From Monocercomonoides exilis PA203 (Eukaryota > Protista > Preaxostyla): a DNA stretch of 64,000 nt. Location: contig LSRY02000063.1 in NCBI GenBank assembly GCA_001643675.2, positions 186,001-250,000 on the forward strand. Direction: 5' to 3'. Under the pieces are notes generated by a model. The model was not told the origin of the DNA, did not search any database, and worked only from the letters and a program-made list of their open reading frames with translations. The position numbers and the translations under genes were made by a program. Shown here one piece after another: positions 23,684 through 36,551 of this stretch; positions within the stretch are counted from its first letter, which is position 1, and each line of letters starts with the position of its first letter.

Positions 23684-26050
23684 TGAGCTTTTTCGAATTG
23701 AGCACATAATTTTGATTTGACTCAATCAATTTGCATTTAGTCAATCTTATTTGATTTGACTTAATCAAATCTGATTTGAATTGATCATTTTTTGATCTTT
23801 TTTGAAAACAATTATGAGTCAATTACGATCAAGATATTGACTTATTTTTTCAAACTCTCTACCTTGTTGGCAGATCTTAAAAATGCAACAAGTTTGTGAA
23901 TTCTTTTTTTTGATTGTTTTAAGTATTTATTGTTTATTTTCAACATCTCTTCTTCCGATTCGGATCGTAATGAACAATATGAAACGAACGTTTTCAACAC
24001 GTGCAAGAGATGATCAACAGTTAAAATTTTATTTATAACTGTATTTCAGAAAAACAAAAAGCTCTTTCGATCAAATTTTTTTACTTTTTGTTTTTGTTAG
24101 GTTTTTTTCATTTCATTTTTATTAGTATATTTTACATAGAAAACTAACAAATATATAGAAATTTTATAAATAAACACAATTTTTGTTTTTCATTCAAAAA
24201 AATAAATTCAGAATTGGAAATATTAATTATTAGTGATTATTAAAAATATGAGATGGTTGCATAAAGAAGTCAAAGAAAAATTAAATGATATTCACTTTTT
24301 ATTCAGTAACAATTGGAGAACAGATGGGGGTTTATTTTGTTTTGAATCAGCAGAAGATGAAGAAGAAGCAGTAGATGAAGATGATGATGAAAAGGAAGAA
24401 GAAGGTTGTGTTTGTGTAAATGAAGGAAAAGGCTGAGTTGAAGATGGAGAAAAAATACTTATCGACATTTATTGCTGCGGAAGGTGCCAAGCTTGTGAAT
24501 TATCACAATTTTGATTTTCATCAAAATCTTTTCTTTCTTTTGCAAAACCTGTTCCCTTTGCTCGCTTCTTTGTTCTAAAACTTCGCAGTTCGCTCTTTCT
24601 CTTCTTTCTTTCGTTTTTTCTGCTTCGTACGCACTTAGATCATCATCAGAAGCATCTAAAATAAAAAAATATGGTAAAATGATGTTTATAAAAATGAAAA
24701 AATAGTAAAAGAAAATAAAAAATAATGGTAAAAAAAGTGAAAGATAAGCCTCCTGTTTCTGCCAAAATTGTAGTTATTGTGGGTGTCAGGGTATTTTCTG
24801 GATTGAGTTTATTTTTCATTTTGGCGAAATATCTAGCATTAGCCACCTTCTTTGCATCAACTTTTCTCAAGTAATTCGAATATAGCTCCTCCAAAAACAA
24901 TGTATTTGCTTCAAAATCCTTATTTGTGAGTGGATTGTGCAAGATATGAAAGTTTGTGAGGCAGCAAGCCACTGAAAAATAATCCCCAACACGCTCCATT
25001 TCAAAAACCCACGGATGACGGAAGACAGAAAAGAGAGTTTTGAGTCTTCCAAAGAATCTTTCAACAATAACACGATGAGATGCAAGCTCAGGAGTTCCAA
25101 CGGGCTTTGTAATAATCGCCCCAAGCTCTGGTTTCGCTCCTATGTAAGCGGAATCGGCCAAAATCTTGCTCCTCCAAGCTTTTGAACAAATGTGGGGTAA
25201 TGTTCTTTGAAAATAGTGAAATCGTGAGTTGACCCAGAGTAGATAGAACTGATTGTACTTGCTGTCCCCACCTTGGGGTTCACTCCCACCTCCGCCTTGA
25301 CACAATAGATGTGATGCTTCCCTGAGTAGTATTTTTTTCCAAACTCCAACCTCCCTCCAGGCCTGTTTGTAGGTATTACTGTGCAGTCAAGCACAATTCC
25401 CACCTCCTTCATTTGCTCCAAACGATCTGGACGAAATGAAAGAAAAAGATCTGCAAGTTGAGATTTTAAATTTGATGCTGTTGAATGAAGAAGTCGAACT
25501 GTTGATGTTTGAGATTCGTGTTTTGATTGAGATATGACGTGAGTTAAAGAAATAGAGCCATGGTGAAGAAAAACTAACAAAAGAAAAAGTTGTTCATCCA
25601 AAGATTCGATTGATTTTGCCCTTCCACGATGAGGTTGTGCTGATGATGAGAGAAGACGAAGAAGCAAGTCGAATTCATAACGAACAAACCCAGTCAGTCG
25701 GTGAAAACCGAAAGATGGGTCAGTAAATTTTTTGCAAAATTTATCAATGATTGATTGCTGATCATCATCAGATTTAATCTCAATATGAGATGGCATCACA
25801 TTTCTTTTTTCCACGCTCGTTAAAATATCGAAAAATGGAGATTGAGACATGAATAATGAAGTTGAAAAAAAGTTAAATACAAAAATGCCCATTAATAACA
25901 ATTATTATCGATCATATTCGCACCCACAATTATAGTAATTTGCATTGACTCAATCAAATCGATTTGTCTCGATCTAATTTGAATTATATTAAACTTATCT
26001 GCTTTAGTAAAGGCAAATAATATATGACTTGTTCAAATCGCATAAGTTCT
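23684..26050 (-). mobile_element. PHIS/Harbinger-type transposon E4
   Basis: ACT|TGAGCTT-N27-TGACTCAATCA ... AAGTTCT|ACT. Confidence 0.8.
24292..25850 (-). pseudogene. DDE_Tnp_4-like transposase (E4); frameshift near 25167 in this copy only, and an in-frame TAA in exon 2
   Basis: ORFs 25140-25901 plus 24646-25305. Exon 2 reads WHLPQQ* at the conserved W in both duplicate copies. Confidence 0.7.
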
Positions 26051-26663
26051 ACTTAAACGAATTGAGCGGGTCAATTCGAATTGATAAAGTCAAAACGTTT
26101 TTTGTTTATTTAAACGATTTTGAATCTGTCAATTCGGTTTTATATTTATTTTTGATCACTGTTTTTTTATTTTTATTATGGAAACATTTTGATCCGATTT
26201 TTTAACATGTTTCATGAAACTTAATGTTTAGAAAAAATTGACTGAAAAACGTAACGGTGTGTGTTTTGTTATTAATTATTTTTAAGATTGTGCATGGTTT
26301 TTTTTTCGATCAAACAATATTATTATGATTCTAAAATTTTTGTACAAAATGTGTTTCAAGCCATATCTTGAAGCGATCTGCATTGCAAGTGAGGTTCGGA
26401 CAGTCAGGAGTTTCATCACAAAGATGAAGCGATTGTTTTTTTCGCGTCCCGATTTCCTTTTCACTTTTTTATTCTAATTTTTAATTTCCTTGACTCAACA
26501 TTGAAAAAATAGGTGATCAGCTTTTTTTTTTTTTGAATATTTTTAAAAAATCTTTCAACAATTTAAAAAATAAAATATTCGTAATTTAAAAAAGCTACTG
26601 TTTAATATTTTTGAAAAGTGAATTGATATTATAGAAAAATTTGTTAAGAATATTATAAGATAA

Positions 26664-28713
26664 TTACTTCTGGCTTAGCAGTGATTGCAAGGGACTTGAA
26701 TTTGTGTTCTTTTTTGATGATCCTGCTTTTTTTGAAATATCTAAAGATGTTCTGCATGAAGTTGAAGATGAGGAAGTCGTTTGTGCAAAATGAAAATTTA
26801 ATGAGTCTGAAGCATTTAAACTTTCATTTTGAGATAGAGGAATTGATGAAGATAATTGATCAAAACTGGAAAATGAAGAGACTTGGGAAGAAGATGAAAA
26901 GGAAGATGAAGAAGATGAAGATGGTGAAGAAAACGCAGGAAAAGGTTGAGTAGAAGTTTGAGTGAATAAATTGGTTGACTTCCATTGATTCGGAAGAAAC
27001 CAAGCCTGAGAATTGTCAGAAATCAAATTTTGTTCATCAGAAATGCATCTTTCTCGCTCAAGCGCTTCAATTCTTTTATTATTCCTTTGATCTTGAATTG
27101 TCTCAATTTCTTTCTCTCTTCGCTGCTTTGCTTTTTCAGCTAATAATGTTCTGTGATCACTATCTAAATCATATGGGTCATTCTTTTTGAAAAGTCGCTC
27201 CAGATCAAAAATTCATCCCATGAAAGTTAATAAAAAACACTCCGTTCCCATTACACAAATGAAAATATCGAATTTTCACAATAATGTTTGTTGGCTGATA
27301 ACAAACTTTTTTATAAGAAGATATATTCAACCACAAAAAATTATGTATCAATTTTTTGATCAAAATTTAAATATCATTTTTTCGATGAAAAAGAGTTTCA
27401 CTTGATTGAAGCACTTTGCAATTGTTTATTAATGAAATGAACAAGGTGCGTTTCAATTTTATTTCATCAAAATTCTGAGATTCGAAGATAAATCAAATTC
27501 TTATTTGATTAAAAATTTTTATTGCACAGAATGTGCCTGGAATTTAAAATTTTGCGTATATTACTCCCACAAGTTTGATAAAAAATGAAACACATACATA
27601 TCAAAGGTTTTCATTCAGCTTTTATATGAATGTTTTTATTTTATAATTGTTATAAAAATTATTCATTTTTTTAGCTTAACAAATTAGTAGCTAATGATAG
27701 AGAGCCTAACATGATAGAAATAGCGATGTGGGGAGTCACAACAGAATTGTTTGTTGGGGAAGAAGAACTTCTGATGATGGTGATGAAATATCAGAGCGAG
27801 ACGATATTTGTATCCTCAGTTGCAGACAACCACGAAGATAGCAAGCAATGTGGAGAGTTCAACATGCGCAGTGAGTCGTTGAATGTGGGAGTGACGCACA
27901 TAATTCCATCTCTGACTCGCAACTGCTAATCTCAAAGGAGACGGTTATTGTTGGGAAATGTGAAGCGAAGGATGTGATCATCTGCTCACTTCAATCTCCC
28001 TCATCTGCTTCAGTTCAACTGAACTCAACAATAACAGGCAAGAGAAGTCTTATCACAACCTCAGAGAATGTTCGGATCGAAAATGCAAAATTCAACTTTG
28101 TTCGGTTTTTTTCTTATTCTGGAAGTTCAATCATTCAAAAAGCAAATGGTCAACTTTCTCTTTCATTTGTGAACGTTTCTTCTGTTTGTGAGGCAGATAT
28201 GATTCAGCCTATTGCTCTCAATTCAATGTTGCTGAAGATAGAAAATGGAATTCTTCATGTTGACAACTACGCAATAACGTTCCTTTCATTCAAGAAGCCT
28301 TCATTTTTGTTGAATGGAGATGAGATTAATTTTACAAATGTTAAACTGAAACAAATCAAATCAACAACAGATATATTTGAGATTGACAATTGTGGAAGGA
28401 TTGCATTCATTTGAGTTGTTTCAGATGGAGTGAAGATGTTCTTATGTTGTGTCCTTGTGATTAACAGCTCAACTTCAGGAACAGTTTCTTTTGGAAGCTC
28501 ATCATTCAAGAATTGCTCAAGGAATTCGTAAGTAGCTTCAATTCTTTTGGTGTCTCTTCAACTTCTTCACCTTCTTCTAAATAATCTTCATAAATTTCTT
28601 CTTCTTCCTCTTCCTCTTCCTCTTCCTCTTCTTCTTCTTCTTCCTCTTCCTCTTCCTCTTCCTCTTCTTCTTCTTCTTCCTCTTCCTCTTCCTCCTCCTC
28701 CTCTTCCTCTTCT

Positions 28714-28760
<47 letters not shown>

Positions 28761-28863
28761 TTCTTCTTCTTCTTCTTCTTCTTCTTCTTCTTCTTCTTCT
28801 TCTTCTTCCTCTTCCTCTTCCTCTTCTTCTTCCTCTTCCTCTTCCTCTTCCTCTTCCTCTTCT

Positions 28864-28902
<39 letters not shown>

Positions 28903-28995
28903 TCCTCTTCCTCTTCCTCTTCCTCCTCCTCTTCTTCTTCCTCTTCCTCTTCCTCTTCCTCTTCTTCTTCTTCTTCCTCTTCCTCTTCCTCTTCC

Positions 28996-29027
<32 letters not shown>

Positions 29028-29043
29028 TTCCTCTTCCTCTTCT

Positions 29044-29082
<39 letters not shown>

Positions 29083-29133
29083 TCCTCTTCCTCTTCCTCC
29101 TCCTCTTCCTCTTCCTCTTCCTCTTCCTCTTCT

Positions 29134-29172
<39 letters not shown>

Positions 29173-29235
29173 TCCTCTTCCTCTTCCTCTTCCTCTTCTT
29201 CTTCTTCTTCCTCTTCCTCTTCCTCTTCCTCTTCC

Positions 29236-29267
<32 letters not shown>

Positions 29268-29283
29268 TTCCTCTTCCTCTTCT

Positions 29284-29322
<39 letters not shown>

Positions 29323-29526
29323 TCCTCTTCCTCTTCCTCTTCCTCTTCCTCTTTTTCTTCCTCTTCCTCTTCCTCTTCCTCTTCTTCTTCTTCTTCCTCT
29401 TCCTCTTCTTCTTCCTCTTCCTCTTCCTCTTCCTCTTCTTCTTCTTCTTCCTCTTCCTCTTCCTCTTCCTCTTCCTCTTCTTCCTCCTCCTCCTCTTCCT
29501 CTTCCTCCTCCTCCTCTTCCTCTTCT

Positions 29527-29565
<39 letters not shown>

Positions 29566-29682
29566 TCCTCTTCCTCTTCCTCTTCCTCTTCCTCTTCTTC
29601 TTCCTCTTCCTCTTCCTCTTCCTCTTCCTCTTCCTCTTCCTCTTCCTCTTCCTCTTCCTCTTCCTCTTCCTCTTCCTCTTCC

Positions 29683-29714
<32 letters not shown>

Positions 29715-29730
29715 TTCCTCTTCCTCTTCT

Positions 29731-29769
<39 letters not shown>

Positions 29770-29820
29770 TCCTCTTCCTCTTCCTCCTCCTCTTCCTCTT
29801 CCTCTTCCTCTTCCTCTTCT

Positions 29821-29859
<39 letters not shown>

Positions 29860-29922
29860 TCCTCTTCCTCTTCCTCTTCCTCTTCTTCTTCTTCTTCCTC
29901 TTCCTCTTCCTCTTCCTCTTCC

Positions 29923-29954
<32 letters not shown>

Positions 29955-29970
29955 TTCCTCTTCCTCTTCT

Positions 29971-30009
<39 letters not shown>

Positions 30010-30213
30010 TCCTCTTCCTCTTCCTCTTCCTCTTCCTCTTCTTCTTCCTCTTCCTCTTCCTCTTCCTCTTCTTCTTCTTCTTCCTCTTCCTCTTCTTCTT
30101 CCTCTTCCTCTTCCTCTTCCTCTTCTTCTTCTTCTTCCTCTTCCTCTTCCTCTTCCTCTTCCTCTTCTTCCTCCTCCTCCTCTTCCTCTTCCTCCTCCTC
30201 CTCTTCCTCTTCT

Positions 30214-30252
<39 letters not shown>

Positions 30253-30303
30253 TCCTCTTCCTCTTCCTCTTCCTCTTCCTCTTTTTCTTCCTCTTCCTCT
30301 TCC

Positions 30304-30348
<45 letters not shown>

Positions 30349-30505
30349 TCCTCTTCCTCTTCCTCTTCTTCTTCTTCTTCCTCTTCCTCTTCCTCTTCCT
30401 CTTCCTCTTCCTCTTCCTCTTCCTCTTCCTCTTCCTCTTCCTCTTCCTCTTCCTCTTCCTCTTCCTCTTCCTCTTCCTCTTTTCTTCCTCTTCTTCTTTT
30501 CTTCT

Positions 30506-30544
<39 letters not shown>

Positions 30545-33500
30545 TCCTCTTCCTCTTCCTCTTCTTCTTCTTCTTCCTCTTCCTCTTCCTCTTCCTCTTC
30601 CTCTTCCTCTTCCTCTTCCTCTTCTTCTTCTTCTTCTTCTTCTTCTTCCTCTTCCTCTTCCTCTTCCTCTTCCTCTTCCTCTTCCTCTTCCTCTTCTTCT
30701 TCTTCTTCCTCTTCCTCTTCCTCTTCCTCTTTTTCTTCCTCTTCCTCTTCCTCTTCCTCTTCTTCTTCTTCTTTTTCTTCCTCTTCTTCTTCCTCTTCCT
30801 CTTCCTCTTCCTCTTCCTCTTCCTCTTCCTCTTCCTCTTCCTCTTCCTCTTCCTCTTCTTCTTCCTCTTCCTCTTCCTCTTCCTCCTCCTCCTCTTCTTC
30901 ATCTTCTTCTTCTTCTTCTTCTAACTCCTTTTTCTCATTTTCCTTCTTCTCTCAAATTCTCCAAAAATGATCAAATATCATTAAAGAAAGAAGGAAAAGA
31001 GGGAAAAGAAAAAGGTTACGACGAGATGAAAACGGTGATGAAAATATTGTTTTGTAAATTTGATGGTTGATCATATGCAATATCCACCAAATAATCAGAG
31101 AGCATTGCTTTGTTTCATCACTTTCCATTCAGTATTTGTTTAATACAGCGATGAAGAAACAGATGTTGATGAGTTATTGAAAAATATGACTTTTATTTCA
31201 TTTTCAATGACTTTTTTTTGTGAAACAACATCCCTAACAAAATTGCACAAGCACAATCTGTCCTTCTTTTGTCTCCACCATCGACTGCACATCCTCCTCA
31301 GCTGCAGCCTCACCATCCTTTCCAGCAGCCGCACAATATGTAACTACACCCACCACCATTCATTCTTCTCTTCCACCGACTGGACAATCCACACTTGTTG
31401 CTTCAGCCCAAACAATTCACACGTCACCTTCGATACTGAATGAAACTCCTGCTCCAAGTTGACCAACACCATCTTGCCGCCTTCACAATCACATAATTCA
31501 AATTCTTCTGTAAAGGTTGTAACTTGTCAGCTTCATCGCAAACATCCGGAAGCTGCTTCTTCCCAAAAGTTATTCGGCAGAAACACCATGAACATAGAGG
31601 CATCTGCATTCGTATTCTCCGACTGTATCCCCTCAAACAACCAACAGACATTTGAATCTCTTCTCCCACACCACTTCTAACACCATTCAATAACATGAAA
31701 ACTCCAATTCAATTCCAGTTAACTCCTTCTGTACAAATTCCCCAAGCAGTTCCATCTCTGCAAAGTCTTTCCTGAACAGTTCTTCCCCATTCATCCTAGC
31801 CCACAGCACCGCCTCGCTCATCTTCTGCGTCGCTTTCTTCTGCCCCTGCCTCACCGCCCCCTCCCCTGCGCACCTGAGACTGCACCCGCCCTAGTCTGTT
31901 GCGATCTTGAATACGAATATCTACAGAATCTACGTCAGCTTCCACGTTAGCTACGACTGCAGACCTATCTTCAGCAACTTCAACTAACGCTTCATCTGCA
32001 CAGACGACCGCAGCGAGTGTGACACCCGAAGCACATGTGCTGATATACACGTTTCTTGTTCTAGCGGACTTGTCACTGCGCTCAACAGCCGCTCCCTCGC
32101 CGTCGACACCGCCTTCAAAGGCACCCCACCTGACCCAGACAGCCCTGCCCCTGATCCGCCAGGCGAAGTCACAAGCCACTCCGCCTCTTCCCGTTGTCTT
32201 CTGTCTGTCATCTGCTCACGAAGCAAATACAGCCACTGCACGACATTCGCCTTCCCTTCATTTTTCTTTGCCACTGCTGGAACTGCAGTTCACATCCAGT
32301 CATCCCGCTCTCTCTTCGGATCATTGTGCTGACACAGCGGAATCCCCTACTACGCGCTTGCATTTCTTTCTGCTGCCTTTTCACACTCCTCTTCTTCCTC
32401 GTATTCAACACCTTGACTTCTGTTCCTCTTCCTCCTCCTTTCTCCATCTATCTCTCTCGTCTCTTTCAACAGTCCTTTCTTCCCTGCTTACTCCAAAGTC
32501 CACTTGCACCGCATTCTCTTCCAGCTTCTTCACCTAACCAGGCATTCGTTAAGCAATCTCTTCATATGATGCATTCATTTTCATCTGCTCCTTCTTTTTT
32601 GCTCAAGCGCCTTCTGCTGCTTCTCAATCGCCTCCTTGAACAGCATCTTCTGCTCGCATGCAGTCTGCTTCTGCAATTTCGACAATGCAATCATCATCTT
32701 CAATTCCTTCTCCGTTTTGCAATTCTTCTGTCTCACAGTTTCATCAACTCCTCCTCCACAATCACCGCCATCACTGGCCTCGGCACCATTCTTCTCTGAT
32801 CTCTTGCTGATCCCAGATCTCGTTCCCTCACTTCCACAACCTCTTCCACTATCGTTGTTTGTTTTTCTCACAACACTCACCCCGCTCCCCACTTTCACGA
32901 AAACCCCCTTCCCATTGAGATCTAGCCCAAGCATCACAATACTTCCATCCCCGATGCTCGCTGTAAACTTCTCCTTGTGCTTTTTACACAGCACAACAGC
33001 GGAATCAGCGAAGCCTTAGACAGAATTATTCGTCCACATACAGACATTAACAAAGAATACGGTGCAAGTGAAACTTCAATTTCCTGCATCGACCCCTTGC
33101 TGTTCCAACTCACCACAACGCCCTGCTGCGCGCATCAATTCTTCACTTCTCAATCCTCATATTAATCAGTTCCGCCTTCTTCTTCATCGTCACCAGCTGC
33201 TCCTTCACCTCCTTCACCTGCATCACCTCTGCGTTGTTCCTCTCGTTCAGCTCCAGAATCTTCCTCTAATTCATCTGGATAATCTTGTCCTTCTCCTGCA
33301 GCTGCTCTGTCAGCCCGCTCATCCTATTCTCCTCCTTTTCATTTTCCAACTTCTTCTTCTTCATTTCTTTCTTCCAGCAAATGCAGCACAATCGCTGCAG
33401 GCGACAGTAGCACATCTTCCATCATCAGCCCCTCTGCCCCGCCGCCTCCAGCATCTTCTCCACAATCTCTCCCACTTCATTCACTACAACCATCCCCCTC

Positions 33501-36114
33501 CTCATTTAGTCGACCAGCTTCATCACTCCGCATGCCTCGACTGCTTCTATCGGTTCGCAAGGAATTCAATGGTCAATGAAGCCAGCGATGGCTCAGGCGG
33601 ATTGAATATTGGCAGTGACGCATTCACATCAACCGCTGTTTTGACAGGTTATTTTTACGACTTCTTTCTCAGGAAGTCATCAAGAAATGGGAGCAAAGCC
33701 ACAAGTTGAATGAAAAGCATTACACATCGAACGAACACAGCACATTCTGTTCAGCAGAGCACAACAAGCCAACTTTGAAAACTTAAAGTGCATGTAATAG
33801 TGATTGAAGTGATTGAAGTGATTGCAACAATGGAAGCAACAACAACCCAGCTGCTTTCTTCACAACTATCCGTAGCCACCTCTCAATTTCGTTCGTCGCT
33901 GCTGCCGAAATGTATGAAGCCTCCACTGACGATGCATCCGAAGGAACAACCGCAGGCGCTGATGACGAAGGCAAAGATGAAGATGATTTATCATCTCCTG
34001 CAGCCTTCTTCTCCTTGTTTCTCCTTCTCCAGAATGGAGAAACTGACTGGAGAGCCGCTCCAGTTAAAAAAGATAAAGAATTTTAATGGCGCTGAGAAAA
34101 GAGACGAATGCTGCAGTGCATCGACTTCAAGAAGCTTATTGAAACAACTTAACTCACAAAATTACAACACCTTCTGTGTCACAAACACTTGATCCATGTT
34201 AAAATTGGAAAAATCAAACATCACCGAAATCTCATCTTTTTTGATCTGATGGAATAGTTTGAACAGAATTTCTTTTGGAAGGGTGTTGAAATGAAAATAA
34301 ACGGATGTGCAAAAAAGAAAATGAAAAGTTGAAAGCTATTTAAGATATGATTCTTGATATGATTCAAAACTTGAGATGTCATTTCTTTTTTGATTTTTAA
34401 ATAAAAGGACATTTAATTTAAAGTAATAATATGTTATTCTTCATTTATTTTTTATTAAATTAATTATAGCTCAATATTCACAGCTTTTTGAATTTCTTAT
34501 AAAACAATGAAAACAGTATCGACGAAATTTTCTAGTTTAATAATTTCTAACAAAAAATACTCAAATAAAAGCAAGCTAATTCTATTAGTCTTTCTGCATA
34601 GGAACATATTCAAAAAGAAGTCCACATTCAGAAAATCAAAACGTTGATTTGAACAATTGAAATGAAAACAACGAAATATGAACAAATTATTCAGTAGCTC
34701 CAAAAAACAAGAAAATAATAGAAAATATCATTAAAATGATTATATAGCGAAAATAATATATGAAATCTGTTTCATTGAAACGCAGTATTCGGAGATAGGG
34801 TGACAAAATTGAAAAGAATAATACTCAGCAACATATGATGGTAACGGAATGATCAACATTTTTTGATCATTTTTGATCTAATTTTCAGATCAGTTAAACG
34901 TTTGCGACTTTTCAAAAAGAATGACCCATATAAAAAATAAAAATATGGTAAAATGAAGAAGAAAAAAAGTCAATTAAAATAAACAATAATGGTATTAAAA
35001 TGAAAAATAAGCCTCCTAAATCTGCTAATAATGAAGAAATTGTGGGTGTAGGTGATTCTGTAGGATTCAGTCTATTTTTCATTTTAGATAAATATCTCTC
35101 GTTTGTAATCTTTCTGGCTTCTATTTTTCTCATGTGACTCGCATAAAGCTCCTCCAAAAACAATGTATTTGCTTCTGCGTCTTTCTTTGTGAGTGGATTT
35201 TGTAATATATGAAAGTTAGTGAGGCAGCATGCTACGCAAAAATAGTCTGCAACCTTCACGACATCAAATAACCAAGGTTTTCTGAAGACTGTGAAGAGTG
35301 TTTTGAGTCTTCCGAAAAATCTTTCCACGATAACGCGATGTGTGGCCAATTCTGGAGTTCCCACGGGCTTTGTGATGATGGCTTCAAGCTCTGGTTTTGC
35401 TCCAATGTAAGCAGAATCAGCTAAAATCTTTGCTCCTCCCAGTCTATGCTCGAATGTCGGGTAGTGCTCTTTGAAAATAGTGAAATCATGTGTCGAACCA
35501 GTGTAGATGGAGCTAATCGTGCTTGCTGTCCCCACCTTGGGGTTCACTCCCACCTCCGCTTTGACGCAGTAAATGTGATGCTTTCCTGAATAATACTTTT
35601 TTCCATATTCCAGCTTTCCTCCCGGTCTGTTTGTTGGAATGACAGTACAATCAACAACAATTCCCACATCTTTCAACTCCTCCAAACGATCAGGACGAAA
35701 AGATAGAAAAAGTTCTGTCAGTTGATGTTTGATAGATGTTGCTGTTGAGTGCAACAAACGAACAACCGCACTTTGTGTTTCATATTTGGATTTCGCCAAC
35801 AACAATGTCATTGTGAGTGAGCCATGATGAAGAAAATTTATGAGTAAGAAAAGTTGCTCCTCCAAAGAGTCAATTGCTTTGACCTTTCCACGATGAGGTA
35901 AAGCGTTATCAGAAAGAAGCTGAGAAAGAAGATCAAATTCTGAACGACTAAATCCAGTCAATCTGAAAAACCCAGTTGACTTATCCAAAAATTTCGAACA
36001 AGCTATTTCGATGATTGTTGTGTTTTTTTCTTCTTTTGTTGCATGAATATGTGTCGGAATGACATTCCTTTTTTCCACACATTTCAGAACATCCATGAAA
36101 GTGTTTTGAGACAT
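26664..36114 (-). CDS. DDE_Tnp_4-like transposase (E3'): exon 1 open, intron carries element Z'
   Basis: ORF 34912-36117 with full triad; exon 2 at 26664-~27162. Confidence 0.75.
27175..34927. mobile_element. Element Z' (duplicate of 11161-18318)
   Basis: Same TIRs and ATAT TSD. Confidence 0.85.
28597..30921. repeat. (TCT/TCC)n tract, ~2.3 kb (longer than the first copy)
   Basis: Directly visible. Confidence 0.95.
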
Positions 36115-36318
36115 CAATTCACTCTTTTCAAAATGTCAAAAACAATGCAACCCTTTATTCATATTTATCAAATGATCAAAAATGAACCCATGATTTGATA
36201 TATAAGTTTTGACTTTGTAAAAACCGTTTTTTATTTATAATATTTGTTTTATGTTCGTTTAAATGGTATTGGATTTATCTAACACCAAATGACTAAATAA
36301 AATAGTTTTAGTTCTAGT

Positions 36319-36511
36319 GAGGGATTTAACCCGGCACCAGAATTTAACCCGGTACCACTTTTTCAATGATCACATTTTCGAAAAATTTCGATGAAAACAA
36401 ATTTGTGAAAAATGAAAAAAATATACATAATAATATGTGTAACAACTAAACCTGTGTGACGTGATAAAGATTTTGTCTTCACGTCCGTCACTAAATTTTT
36501 TTCACGTCAGT

Positions 36512-36551
<40 letters not shown>

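Larger units (their letters stand above)
26051..36315 (-). mobile_element. E3' (duplicate; hybrid with an E7-type left end)
   Basis: Left ~540 bp matches E7 (42702 onward); remainder matches E3. Confidence 0.75.
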